Below are positions 39,259 through 49,753 of a stretch of 56,337 nt of DNA, one piece after another. The translations under genes were made by a program, and so were the position numbers. Under the pieces are notes generated by a model that saw only the letters and a program-made list of their open reading frames with translations, did not search any database and had not been told where the DNA came from. The DNA comes from Methanomicrobiales archaeon (GTDB lineage: Archaea > Halobacteriota > Methanomicrobia > Methanomicrobiales > Methanospirillaceae): contig JAAYPD010000396.1 in the NCBI GenBank assembly GCA_012520015.1, positions 1 through 56,337 of the forward strand, written 5' to 3'. How positions within the stretch are numbered: the stretch's first letter is position 1; each line of letters starts with the position of its first letter.

Positions 39259-41279
39259 ATGTGTGGAATAATTGCAATTTTACCAATTAATTCAAATAAC
39301 ATTTCCCCATCTATGCTGAAAAAGATGAGTGATACCATAAGGCATCGTGGTCCGGATGATGAAGGGTATGCTTTTTTTATAAAACACAACAACAAATCGA
39401 GACGAAATTATATGGCGGAGAAGATACCCCATATGATACTTTCCATTCAAATCTCCCATATTGCCCGAATGGAACCATGTCAGGTGATGAAGAAAAAAGT
39501 TACCAACTTGCATTGGGCCATCGCCGTCTTTCTATCATCGATCTCTCTCCTACGGGACATCAACCAATGTGTTATAAAAACCGATACTGGATTATCTACA
39601 ATGGGGAAGTCTATAATTATCTCGAATTAAGAGAAGAATTAAAAAAATCAGGTCACACTTTTCAATCAAATTCCGATACAGAAGTTATTCTTGCAGCATA
39701 CGATGAATGGGGCCTGAATTGCCTCAACCACTTCATAGGAATGTGGGCTTTTCTCATTTTTGATACAGAAACTGGTAAATTATTTGGTTCACGTGACAGA
39801 TTTGGGATTAAACCCCTGTATTATTGGTTCTCTCACGAGGGATATCTTGCATTTGCATCAGAAATTAAAGCTTTTACCATGATTCCGGGGTGGAATCCTG
39901 TTGTTAATGGTCAGCGTGCATATGACTTTCTCATCCATGGAATAACAGATCATACGTCAGAAACCATGTTTTCGGACGTATATCAGCTCATGGGAGGAGA
40001 ATATTTCATAGTGAAAATTTCTGATATTCTGGATACACTCCCAATTCAAAAGTGGTATTCCATAAACCGTGAATTAATTTTAGAACCTTTTGATCAGAGT
40101 GTTCAATCATATCTTCTGAAGTTATCTGAATCAATAAAAATCCACCTGAGATCTGACGTCAACATTGGTTCCTGCCTCTCCGGAGGGCTTGATTCATCTG
40201 CAATTGTCTCAATCATTAACAAAATTACTGAAAATAATTCGCCTAAGCAGGATCAAAAAACTTTTTCAGCATGTTCTGAACAGAAGCAATGGGATGAACG
40301 GGAATTCATCAAGGCAGTGTTAGAGGAAAAGGACATTGATGCCCATTTTGTCATACCTGATGTTAATGGGTTAGCCAAAGATTTGAATGAGATTCTCTGG
40401 CATCAGGATGAACCTTTTAGATCAACCAGCATTTATGCACAATGGTCAGTATTTCAAACTGCGAAAGAAAATAATGTAAAAGTATTATTAGATGGTCAGG
40501 GAGCAGATGAACCAATTGGTGGATATCATTATTTCCATGATATCTTCATTGCAAGCCTGTTACTACAATTAAAAATTCCTGCTCTACTCCATGAAGCAAA
40601 TGAACTTAATACAAGACATAAAAGAAGTTATTCAGATATTATCAGGAGTTCACTCTATTATATACTATCAAATAACTCAATTGGAAGAAAAATCCTCCTT
40701 TTGAATCAGAAAGAGAGTATTGACCCAAAATGGCTTGATCGTGAGAAAATCGGAGCTGAAATCACTTTTCCTTTATCATTAACTCAAACGGTTAAGGGAA
40801 TTGATCTTTTTACAAGGTATTGTTACCATCAGACATTTCAGGCAAGTCTTCCAGCTCTTCTCCATTATGAAGACCGAAATTCTATGGCTTTTTCAATTGA
40901 GTCACGGGTACCGTACTTAGATCATAGAATTGTAGAATATATCATCAATCTGCCTGATAATTATAAAATTAAAAATGCAGTCACTAAATATGTAATGAGG
41001 CATTCTTTAAAGGGATATTTACCTGAAAAAGTAAGGTGTAGAATGGATAAAATGGGTTTTGTAACCCCAGAAGAACACTGGATGAAGTGTGAGGAGCAGG
41101 ATACCTTTCGAACCTACCTTGAATATGCAATAAAGAAATCGGATGGCATTATTAAACCAGAGGCGATTGAGTACTTTGATGAAATGGTCACAGGGAAAAA
41201 ACCTTTTTCAAATACAATCTGGAGAATAATTATTTTTGGGATGTGGATGGAATTATTTAAGATACGAATCTGCAAATAA
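39259..41279 (+). pseudogene. asnB: Asparagine synthetase B-like glutamine amidotransferase, frameshifted at T7 tract
   Basis: MCGI..HRGPDDEG in frame 1; YGGEDTP..GHRRLSIID..YNGEVYN..LSGGLDSS..GQGADE..ESRVPYLD in frame 2; adding one T at 39372-39378 restores a single ORF. Confidence 0.85.
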
Positions 41280-42308
41280 TTTAGAATAAGGCAATATCTT
41301 GTAATAATAAAAACCAGATAACCTCATCCAAAACCTCATGATCATTTTTTTAAAGAAACCGCAATCTTCCATGATATAATCGTTTCTAATTTCATTCAGG
41401 CTTTCATCATAATTAGATAAATAGTCTAACCACCTTAAATTCGTTGAATAATACCCCGGATTTACTATAGTCTTTTTATTATCATAATAATGTCCAAATA
41501 AAATACTTTCAAACTCATGAGAAGAATTTTTAAAGCTTATTAATGAGAGATTAAGTTTATCTCCAACTATCTTTCTTTCTGGATCTACATCATCCAACGC
41601 TTTATAAAGATCATAAATCCCGGCTATTGTTGCTAATGAACCATCTAACACCTCAAAATCATAGTTTGGATATTCTTTAAACCACACACCATTATTTTTC
41701 ATTTTCATGAATCCTTTTGAAGAATTCTCTTCAAAAAGGGAGAAGATAGATTTTTTTGCACCTTCTAAATATTTTCTTTCTCCAGAGAAACGATAACCCC
41801 AAAGAAACGCCGATGCTGCTTGTCCTTGAGCCATTGAGGAATACCAGGGAGCAGTTTCATTATTATGGTGCCAATCAAAAAAATACGGGAAGACTAAATT
41901 ATTCTCACAAGTCAATTCTCCATACGCCAGTAAAAAATCAAGGTTTTTATAAAAACTCTCATTGGCATATATATTATCATTTAAATATGGAACAAGGCCA
42001 ATAATATGTTGAGAAATACTAACTGGGTTATAGACTTTTCCAACATCTCCATTGTAATTTACAAGAACAATACCCTCATTATCGAATTCCTTATTCATTA
42101 CAGACGAAAAGTTTGTCGATTCAAAATAATAAAACCCATCAATAAGAGGATATTTATTCTCTTCATCAAGAAAATAATGTGTATTATTTGCATATAATGC
42201 TGCATCAATAATGAAATATAGAGAGACAACTGATATAAAAATACAAATAATGAACCACTTTCGATTCAAATTTCTTATTGAAATTTTTATCTTAATCACC
42301 CCGCTCAT
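41253..42308 (-). CDS. Membrane-anchored D-glucuronyl C5-epimerase C-terminal-domain protein
   Basis: N-terminal TM; YNPVSISQ, PWYSSMAQGQAAS, ..KYL..AKK, WFKEYP, VLDG....GIYD. Confidence 0.8.
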   Translation of the reverse strand: MSGVIKIKISIRNLNRKWFIICIFISVVSLYFIIDAALYANNTHYFLDEENKYPLIDGFYYFESTNFSSVMNKEFDNEGIVLVNYNGDVGKVYNPVSISQHIIGLVPYLNDNIYANESFYKNLDFLLAYGELTCENNLVFPYFFDWHHNNETAPWYSSMAQGQAASAFLWGYRFSGERKYLEGAKKSIFSLFEENSSKGFMKMKNNGVWFKEYPNYDFEVLDGSLATIAGIYDLYKALDDVDPERKIVGDKLNLSLISFKNSSHEFESILFGHYYDNKKTIVNPGYYSTNLRWLDYLSNYDESLNEIRNDYIMEDCGFFKKMIMRFWMRLSGFYYYKILPYSKLFADSYLK

Positions 42309-43491
42309 TTAATAGATTTGAATATAATTTTGAATACTCTATTCTGATTGTTGAAAAGTTGAAATTATTCCCTTTTTTAAAAATGATGTGTATCAATTTA
42401 GTCATTCTTATTTTCTCACTAATTAATAAGAACAAATCGGAAAGAACTTTTTGGTTCATATCATCCTTATGATATACGTAAGAATATTCAGGTAATATAT
42501 CATCCATATTCTCGATATTCCCCTTAACAATTGGAATAACCCCAAAATTCAGATATTCATATATCTTATTTGACGACCCGCTAACAAAATTACCAGGTTT
42601 TAACAGAAAAAGACCTATCGTTGCCTCTGCAGTATATTTCAACACCTCATTATTCGAGACAAATCCAAGATATTTAAACCTATTAGGATATCGTTTTTCA
42701 CACTGTTCGAACCGGGAAAGAAGTTCTGGATCCGAAGTCATCCCACCTACATAAGCTTTGGATAACGGACAAGCCTGCAAAACCATCTCCATAACATCCA
42801 GAGTGAGAGGGATGTCACGGTCCAGAGTCGTATCCAATGAACCAAAATATACAACAGAAATTTTTCCATCTTCAATATTCTGTAATTTCGTCTCGATACC
42901 AATTGGTGATACCTCTGAGGTATCGGGGTAATTTGGAACTACAACTGCTTTGGAGTATGGGAATAACTCTTTTATCAACTCCAGATGAGATTCAGATATA
43001 TCAACAAGGCCATCAATCCATCTTTTTGTTACCTTCTCAAAAAACCGGGGTATCAAATCCAGAATGGGATGCTCCCCTTTTAACATTTCCAGGTATTCAT
43101 GCCTGTCATACACCAACATCGCCCTGCCAGGAAGCAGATAACGAAGAAAGACCGCAGATATCAGGAGCTCATAATCGTGCACATGAATAATTATACTTTC
43201 ATCATTTCCCAGCAATTCACTCCTGACTATCTGATATATCCTCAATGCCATAATCGGAGATATCAGCATGAAAAGAACAACCATCCGGTTCAGAAGCGAC
43301 GACGAATAATCGCCAACCTGTAACTGGTGACCAAGCTCACCATATTTTGAAAATATCCCAGGTTTTAGGAAAGAAAAATATCGGTTAACGTTAATATGAA
43401 TAACATTATAATCAAGACTCTGCACATACTTAATATGCCTGTTAACCCGGCCATCTTCTGGATGGTGAACATCTAAAACAATTACATTCAT
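42292..43491 (-). CDS. GT4-like glycosyltransferase
   Basis: D.RV, HVHD, VYD.HE, V.PNYP, VYFG, SNKIYEY...G.IPI. Confidence 0.82.
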   Translation of the reverse strand: MNVIVLDVHHPEDGRVNRHIKYVQSLDYNVIHINVNRYFSFLKPGIFSKYGELGHQLQVGDYSSSLLNRMVVLFMLISPIMALRIYQIVRSELLGNDESIIIHVHDYELLISAVFLRYLLPGRAMLVYDRHEYLEMLKGEHPILDLIPRFFEKVTKRWIDGLVDISESHLELIKELFPYSKAVVVPNYPDTSEVSPIGIETKLQNIEDGKISVVYFGSLDTTLDRDIPLTLDVMEMVLQACPLSKAYVGGMTSDPELLSRFEQCEKRYPNRFKYLGFVSNNEVLKYTAEATIGLFLLKPGNFVSGSSNKIYEYLNFGVIPIVKGNIENMDDILPEYSYVYHKDDMNQKVLSDLFLLISEKIRMTKLIHIIFKKGNNFNFSTIRIEYSKLYSNLLNERGD

Positions 43492-43497
43492 TATAAT

Positions 43498-43614
43498 CTA
43501 AATCTGACCGGTATGGACAAGAATTTCTTTGAACCACTTCCTGATTTTTTTAGACAAGGGGGCACACTTTATAAACTGCGGTCTTGCGCCAACAATTGAC
43601 AGGATAATAGCCAT
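43498..43614 (-). pseudogene. wecB: UDP-GlcNAc 2-epimerase (WecB/WbpI) N-terminal remnant
   Basis: Manual translation [38 protein letters not shown]; [10 protein letters not shown] and VHTGQ are WecB signatures. Confidence 0.85.
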
Positions 43615-43626
43615 TACTTGCACCGG

Positions 43627-45051
43627 TTAAACGGGATGGGAATTCTTATCCCCTCTCCCAATACCCTTGTAAATAAAACCATCCTGAATAAAAACGTCTG
43701 GATCGATGATATTTCTTCCATCAATAATCACACAATGCAATGATCCAGATAGTTTACGGACATCATGAGGATCCAACTGATAATACATTCGATGACCAGT
43801 AAAAATTATAACCGCATCGGCACCGGATAACACCGACTCCAAATCCTGGCTGATATCAATCCCGGGCCATTCAGTCACCCAGGGATCATGCACCCGGATA
43901 TCTGCACCAGAAGCTTTACATAATTCTAAAAATGGTTCAGCAGGAGTATTACGGGCATCATCAGTATTTGCAAGAAAAGCCCAGCCAAGAAGTGCAATTT
44001 TTGCACCTTTAACCTCCTTTCCAGCTCGGGCAAGCCCTTTCTCCATAAGATGGAACATATGCCTTGGCATAAAGTCATTTATATTTCTGGCAGTTACAAA
44101 CAGGGAGTCAACCCCAACGGGAAAATCAACCGGTTCGTGTTCTGCTATATGGACACCCCTCTCAAGGTGATACGTATCCTTGGTAAGACAGTGCCCGCCC
44201 ACTCCGGCACCAGGCCAGAGAATAGCACGAGTTATCCCATCACCTTTTAAAGAATCAATTCCTGTCCGAACATCATAAAAATTAATCCCCATGGCCTCAC
44301 AGTAAAAAGCAAGCTGGTTTGCTGCTGCAATCTGTAGATCTCTGAATGTATTTTCTGCAGTTTTTGTAACTTCTGCAGCAGTTGCAGTCATTGGAATAAG
44401 CTTTCCAGAAGTGAGAACAGGCCCATACAATTCCATTGCACGTTGCGTACTGACTTCATCAATCCCACCGACAATGCGATCATGTTCCTGAATATTTTGT
44501 ATAAGTCTTCCTACCATCACCCTTTCCGGAGCATGTGCAAGTCCAAAATCCTTTCCTGCTTTAAGGCCAGACTCTTCCTCTAATATTTTCAACGCCCAGT
44601 TGACGGTTGTACCAGGAGTGATTGTTGATTCCAGGACTACTAACGTTCCCCTGGTAATAAACTTGCCCACCTGCCGGATTCCATCCTCAAGAGCTGAGAA
44701 ATCAGGAATCAAATCTTTTGGATTTAAAAAGGGTGTCTGAATAGCAATCGTTACTGCATCACAAAAAGAAATTTTTGAAAAATCCGAGGTGCACTCAAAC
44801 TTTTTGTTTAAAACGATATCATGAATAAGTTCATCCAGACCAGGTTCTTCACCTTTAAGAGGATTTTTTCCTGAATTTAATAAAGAAATCTTATAACCAG
44901 AACTTGTCGAATCCCTTTGAAATCCATATACCATGTTAAAAGATTGGGCGAAAAGTGCTGCAGCCGGGATACCAACATACCCCATCCCAATTACACCAAT
45001 CGTTTTAATTGGGCCCCGTTCATAAAAGATATCGGCTAATAATTGCGTCAT
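43627..45051 (-). CDS. UDP-N-acetylhexosamine 6-dehydrogenase (WbpA/WecC-like)
   Basis: GMGYVG, ESTITPGTT, PER, AEVTK..ENTFRD, PGAGVGGHCL.KD, D.RNTP. Confidence 0.92.
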   Translation of the reverse strand: MTQLLADIFYERGPIKTIGVIGMGYVGIPAAALFAQSFNMVYGFQRDSTSSGYKISLLNSGKNPLKGEEPGLDELIHDIVLNKKFECTSDFSKISFCDAVTIAIQTPFLNPKDLIPDFSALEDGIRQVGKFITRGTLVVLESTITPGTTVNWALKILEEESGLKAGKDFGLAHAPERVMVGRLIQNIQEHDRIVGGIDEVSTQRAMELYGPVLTSGKLIPMTATAAEVTKTAENTFRDLQIAAANQLAFYCEAMGINFYDVRTGIDSLKGDGITRAILWPGAGVGGHCLTKDTYHLERGVHIAEHEPVDFPVGVDSLFVTARNINDFMPRHMFHLMEKGLARAGKEVKGAKIALLGWAFLANTDDARNTPAEPFLELCKASGADIRVHDPWVTEWPGIDISQDLESVLSGADAVIIFTGHRMYYQLDPHDVRKLSGSLHCVIIDGRNIIDPDVFIQDGFIYKGIGRGDKNSHPV

Positions 45052-45053
45052 GC

Positions 45054-45959
45054 TTAGAACATTCCTTTAATATTTTCGCATACTTCAAGGTTGTTTATTG
45101 CTTCTTCAGGTGTGACTGGGAATTCCTTTCCAGATTTTATCGATTGAAGAAAAGTGCTTAACTCTGTGCGGAGAGGTTCTTTTTTCCCAACTAAAACCTT
45201 CTCAACAATGTTTTCCTGCACATATCGATCACAATCAAAAGTGTATTGATCAGGTTTACGATATACATATATCTCCTGGGTCATAAAATCGCCCTGGATT
45301 GTCATATCTTCCTGTTCGATGTGGACCATGCGTATCTTCTTTGAAGCTTTTCTACTGGCAGAAAGATAAATTAAAGTATTTTCTTTTATGCATAATGCAG
45401 CAGCGATATCGTCATTTCCCTTTGCCTGCACCGAAATATTGTCACAGCCCAAGGAGTGAAACATGATATCAATATCGTGAATCATGAGATCTTCTACAAC
45501 AGAGCTGCCAGTAATCCGCGAAGATGTTGGATTATGTCGTTTAAATTCAATGTAAAGAGGATCAGAGATCATCTGGCTGATTTCTGCAACGATAGGATTA
45601 AAACGCTCAATATGACCTACACCAACTACAAGATCTTCAGGAATCTGTTCTGCCAGTTTTTTTCCTTCAGCAGAATTGAGGCAGATCGGTTTTTCAATAA
45701 GCACATGGATTCCGGCATTGATAACTTTCAGAGCAGCATCATAATGGAATGGTGTCGGAACACAAAGACTAACCGCATCAACTTGGTGAAAGAGGGATTC
45801 ATATGTGTCTGCAACGTCCGCATTATGAAGAGATGCGACCTTTTTTGCCTGAACCGGATTCACATCATAAATTACAACAGAATCAACTTCTTTTAGTTCA
45901 GAATAAACCCGAACATGGTTCTGACCCATCACTCCAGTTCCAATGACCCCGACATCCAT
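45054..45959 (-). CDS. Gfo/Idh/MocA oxidoreductase (WbpB-like 3-dehydrogenase)
   Basis: GTGVMG..H, VLIEKP, VGHIERFNP, DLMIHDID. Confidence 0.9.
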   Translation of the reverse strand: MDVGVIGTGVMGQNHVRVYSELKEVDSVVIYDVNPVQAKKVASLHNADVADTYESLFHQVDAVSLCVPTPFHYDAALKVINAGIHVLIEKPICLNSAEGKKLAEQIPEDLVVGVGHIERFNPIVAEISQMISDPLYIEFKRHNPTSSRITGSSVVEDLMIHDIDIMFHSLGCDNISVQAKGNDDIAAALCIKENTLIYLSASRKASKKIRMVHIEQEDMTIQGDFMTQEIYVYRKPDQYTFDCDRYVQENIVEKVLVGKKEPLRTELSTFLQSIKSGKEFPVTPEEAINNLEVCENIKGMF

Positions 45960-47035
45960 TATGACCACCGGTTAATTACATTGCATATGTAATTCAATTC
46001 ATCTTCAGAAAGACCAGGATAGACCGGAAGACTAAGCACCTCTTGTGCAAGTCTTGATGAAACCGGACAAGGCGGGTTTGATAAACCGGAAAATACAGGT
46101 TGTTCATGAACCGGAACCGGGTAATGAACGGCAGACCCAATATCGTGTTTCAACAACCATGATGCCAGATCATCACGTTTACCATCCTTAACCCGTATTA
46201 CATACTGGTGAAAAACATGACTGCATTGATTTAAAGTTTGAGGAGTTATGATGCCTGAATGGCATAAATTTTTTGAATAATAGGCGGCATTTCTCATTCT
46301 GGCACAATTAATGGAATCAATTTTTTTAAGCTGTACTCTTCCTATAGCTGCGCAGATATTTGTCATCCGATAATTATAACCAATTTCTGTGTGAAGGTAC
46401 TTTTTTTCCTGTCCATGGTTTATGAGCTTTCTGGCGTGAGCAGCGAGAGAAGAATCATTAGTTGTGATAATTCCACCTTCGCCCGTTGTCATATTTTTTG
46501 TCGGATAAAATGAAAAGCAACCAAGAGATCCAAAAGATCCGACCTGTTTCCCAGAATATGTAGCTCCATGTGCCTGGGCACAGTCTTCTATGAAAAATAG
46601 TTGATGTTCCTCACAAATATCCATGATTGCCGGAATATTACAAGGATGACCAAAAAGATGGACACCCATAACTGCTTTTGTTTTTGGTGTAATTGCCTCG
46701 ATTATTGCGTCGGGTGATATCCCAAATGAGTCCTCACTTATGTCCACCATAACCGGATGAGCTCCACACATACTGACCGATGTTGCAGTAGCAATGAAAG
46801 TAAAGGATGGGACAATGACCTCATCTCCAGGACGAATTCCACAAACTAATAGTCCGGTATGAAGAGCAGTGGTCCCATTATTTGTAGCAATAGCTTCTTT
46901 TGTACCACAAAATTCTGCAAATTCTTTTTCAAACAGAGTTACTTCTTCACCACTGGCAATCATACCTGAACGCATGACTTTAGATACTGCCTGAATCTCT
47001 TCTTCTCCAATGAAAGGTTTCGCTATCGGGATCAT
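45959..47035 (-). CDS. DegT/DnrJ/EryC1/StrS aminotransferase (WbpE-like)
   Basis: NNGTTALH, EDCAQAHGA, FSFYPTKNMTTGEGG, GYNYRM. Confidence 0.94.
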   Translation of the reverse strand: MIPIAKPFIGEEEIQAVSKVMRSGMIASGEEVTLFEKEFAEFCGTKEAIATNNGTTALHTGLLVCGIRPGDEVIVPSFTFIATATSVSMCGAHPVMVDISEDSFGISPDAIIEAITPKTKAVMGVHLFGHPCNIPAIMDICEEHQLFFIEDCAQAHGATYSGKQVGSFGSLGCFSFYPTKNMTTGEGGIITTNDSSLAAHARKLINHGQEKKYLHTEIGYNYRMTNICAAIGRVQLKKIDSINCARMRNAAYYSKNLCHSGIITPQTLNQCSHVFHQYVIRVKDGKRDDLASWLLKHDIGSAVHYPVPVHEQPVFSGLSNPPCPVSSRLAQEVLSLPVYPGLSEDELNYICNVINRWS

Positions 47036-47260
47036 TTATTTTCTGCCTCTTTAGTCAAGTCTTTAAACCTCACTGGATTGTCAATTGCCGGTTTGGCAGG
47101 GGAGATATCTTTAGTGGACACACTTTCATATGAAATGAGTGAATCCAAACCAATTTTCATAACTGGCAATATCATGGCATCCAATTCAATTGAGGTGTGA
47201 TCACAAGTTGTTGGACTGGTTAAGTAATTTTCAACACGTTGAGGGAATTTGTCAAGATAA
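47032..47260 (-). pseudogene. Degenerate C-terminal remnant of a WbpD-like hexapeptide acetyltransferase
   Basis: DKFPQRVENYLTSPTTCDHTSIELDAMILPVMKIG..SLI...SVSTKDI aligns with [38 protein letters not shown]...SIVTKDV of 49750-50346; ATGA overlap with the aminotransferase start. Confidence 0.75.
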
Positions 47261-47418
47261 TTTCGGGGAAAGGAGCCCGGATGAGCAGGGAAAAAAACAT
47301 CTGCATTTTTTTCGCAACATTTCATCTTAAAAAAAGCAATAATACCTCATCTCCTAAAATAATCCTACAAATTATGTATATGATTTTGCGGAACCTGTTA
47401 AAATAGGTATTTGAAATT

Positions 47419-48381
47419 CTACCATCCAACCTGAACATATTTTAAATGAAATAAAGATGCAACTTTTTTTCGGATAATCTTATCAATACGTAAAAGACAG
47501 ACGGTAAGAACTGGAAAAATTGATCTTACAAAAAATTCAGGATCTTGGATCATGAAATTGATTATTTTTTTGGGGAAGTTGAATATAAATTTTTTTTTGC
47601 TTTCAAAAAAGTCAAGGTTCATTTTGTCAATGTAATAATGAGCATATGCTTCTGGTTTAACTCCCACATATATCCCTTCTTTATCGCATTCAAAAGTTTT
47701 ATCGAGATATTTTTTATAATGCTCAACCATCAGCTGAAGTTTACTGGAAGCATTGGTCCCATGCCGCCTGTAAAATATAAGAGGTTTTTGTACATAGGCA
47801 ACTGGAAAACATTGTGTTATTCTGGTGTACAGATCATAATCTTCACCACCTCGAAGATTTTCATCATACAATCCAGCCTGAATTAGACAATTTTTCCGAA
47901 ACATCGGATATCCGATATGGCACCCGCGCCTTTTAAGAACTTCACCACAGATATTTCCCATAGAAAAATGTTTTTTCCCGATAATTTTACCAATTATTAT
48001 TCCATTTTCGTCAACTACACATACATCGGAATGGGCAAGCCCATAACTTGGATCCTTAGATATTTCTGTATATAATTCCTCTAAACGTGATGGCAACATA
48101 ATGTCATCTGAATCAAGAATGGCGATGAATTCACCTTTTGAAGCAAGAATCCCATCATTTCTTGCTTTAGAAACTCCCATGTTAAAAGGGTGAACGATAA
48201 CACGAATCCGGGTATCCATTTCCGCGTATTTTTGAATGATATTTAAAGAATTATCTTTCGAACCCCCCTCCACTATAATGAGTTCAAAATCTGTAAATGT
48301 CTGCACCAATGCACTTTCGATACACTCGGAAAGGAATTTTTCATTATTATATGAAGGAATAACAATGCTTATTTTAACCAT
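47419..48381 (-). CDS. GT2 glycosyltransferase
   Basis: ISIVIPSYN.EKFL.ECIES.L.QT, G.S.ARN.G, LDSDD, GEDYD. Confidence 0.92.
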   Translation of the reverse strand: MVKISIVIPSYNNEKFLSECIESALVQTFTDFELIIVEGGSKDNSLNIIQKYAEMDTRIRVIVHPFNMGVSKARNDGILASKGEFIAILDSDDIMLPSRLEELYTEISKDPSYGLAHSDVCVVDENGIIIGKIIGKKHFSMGNICGEVLKRRGCHIGYPMFRKNCLIQAGLYDENLRGGEDYDLYTRITQCFPVAYVQKPLIFYRRHGTNASSKLQLMVEHYKKYLDKTFECDKEGIYVGVKPEAYAHYYIDKMNLDFFESKKKFIFNFPKKIINFMIQDPEFFVRSIFPVLTVCLLRIDKIIRKKVASLFHLKYVQVGW

Positions 48382-48487
48382 TTATTGTTCCAATTAGAGT
48401 TATAATAGTTTATTCTGTAAAAATATTCAAATAATATTGTTATTGCCAAATATAATAACTTGCCCTGCACATAATAAATAATAATTC

Positions 48488-49537
48488 ATGCCCAGGAAAA
48501 CCGCATTTATCACCGGAATCACCGGTCAGGACGGATCATACCTTGCCGAACTCCTCCTTTCAAAAGGTTACGAAGTTCACGGACTTGTTCGCCGGGCCTC
48601 AACATTCAACACCCACCGGATTGACCACATATATGTCGATGCACATGATCCAGACGCACGAATCTTCTTTCACTATGGCGACCTCTCCGACTCGGAGATG
48701 ATCTCAAATGTCCTCTATAATATCAGACCAGACGAGATCTACCATCTTGGTGCACAAAGCCATGTCAGGGTCAGTTTTGAAACCCCCGAATACACCGGGA
48801 ATGTAACCGCCCTTGGAACCACAAGGATACTTGAAGCCATCCGGAGAAGTAACCCGGATATCCGGTTCTACCAGGCATCATCCAGCGAGATGTTTGGTCA
48901 TGTTGCTCCCCCGCAAAATGAAGATAGCTGCTTCTGGCCAAGAAGCCCCTATGCCTGCGCAAAACTTTATGCATACTGGATGACACGCAACTACCGCGAC
49001 GGTTACAACATGTTCACCTGCAACGGAATTCTCTTCAACCATGAATCACCAAGGAGAGGAGAAATTTTTGTCACCAGGAAGATCACCCGTGGCATTGCTG
49101 CCATCCTTGCCGGAAAAGAGAAGTACCTCTATCTGGGAAACCTTGAGGCGAAGCGTGACTGGGGATTCACACCCGAATACGTGGAATGCATGTGGCAGAT
49201 CCTGCAGCAGGATGCCCCGGATGACTATGTCATTGGAACAGGTGAGACCCACACGGTGCAGGAGTTTGTAGACGCGGCTTTTGCATATGCAGGTCTTGAT
49301 CCAGAAAAACATGTGAAGATCGATCAGAAATATTTCAGGCCGACAGAGGTTGAAGCATTACTTGCCGATCCGTCACGGGCGGAGAAGAAACTTGGTTGGA
49401 AGGCAAAGATCAGATTCTCCGAACTGGTAAAGATCATGGTTGATGCTGATATGAAAGCAGCAGGCCTTAATCCTATTGGGGAAGGGTACAGGATTCTGGA
49501 TAAGAAATTTCCAGGCAGGTGGTGGGACCGGGATTAA
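48488..49537 (+). CDS. gmd: GDP-mannose 4,6-dehydratase
   Basis: [53 protein letters not shown]. Confidence 0.97.
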   Translation: MPRKTAFITGITGQDGSYLAELLLSKGYEVHGLVRRASTFNTHRIDHIYVDAHDPDARIFFHYGDLSDSEMISNVLYNIRPDEIYHLGAQSHVRVSFETPEYTGNVTALGTTRILEAIRRSNPDIRFYQASSSEMFGHVAPPQNEDSCFWPRSPYACAKLYAYWMTRNYRDGYNMFTCNGILFNHESPRRGEIFVTRKITRGIAAILAGKEKYLYLGNLEAKRDWGFTPEYVECMWQILQQDAPDDYVIGTGETHTVQEFVDAAFAYAGLDPEKHVKIDQKYFRPTEVEALLADPSRAEKKLGWKAKIRFSELVKIMVDADMKAAGLNPIGEGYRILDKKFPGRWWDRD

Positions 49538-49624
49538 CCCTGTTTTTTTCACCATGAAAAAGTCTCACTTTACCCTTCTTTCAAAGAGTATTCCGGTTTA
49601 TACCTTAGAACCACCACTATCTTT

Positions 49625-49753
49625 TCAATATCTGCACAAAAGTGTGCCAGGATTACTTACCCCCTCTCCTGATGCAAGCATGCCAGACAGAATCACGTGG
49701 GCTGCTGCATCTGCTTCTTCCTGCCCGATAAAAGGGCGCGCCACTGGGATCAC
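49625..49753 (-). pseudogene. N-terminal remnant of a second WbpE-like aminotransferase
   Basis: GTG overlapping the acetyltransferase TGA: [32 protein letters not shown] vs MIPIAKPFIGEEEIQAVSKVMRSGMIASGEEV at 47035. Confidence 0.8.
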
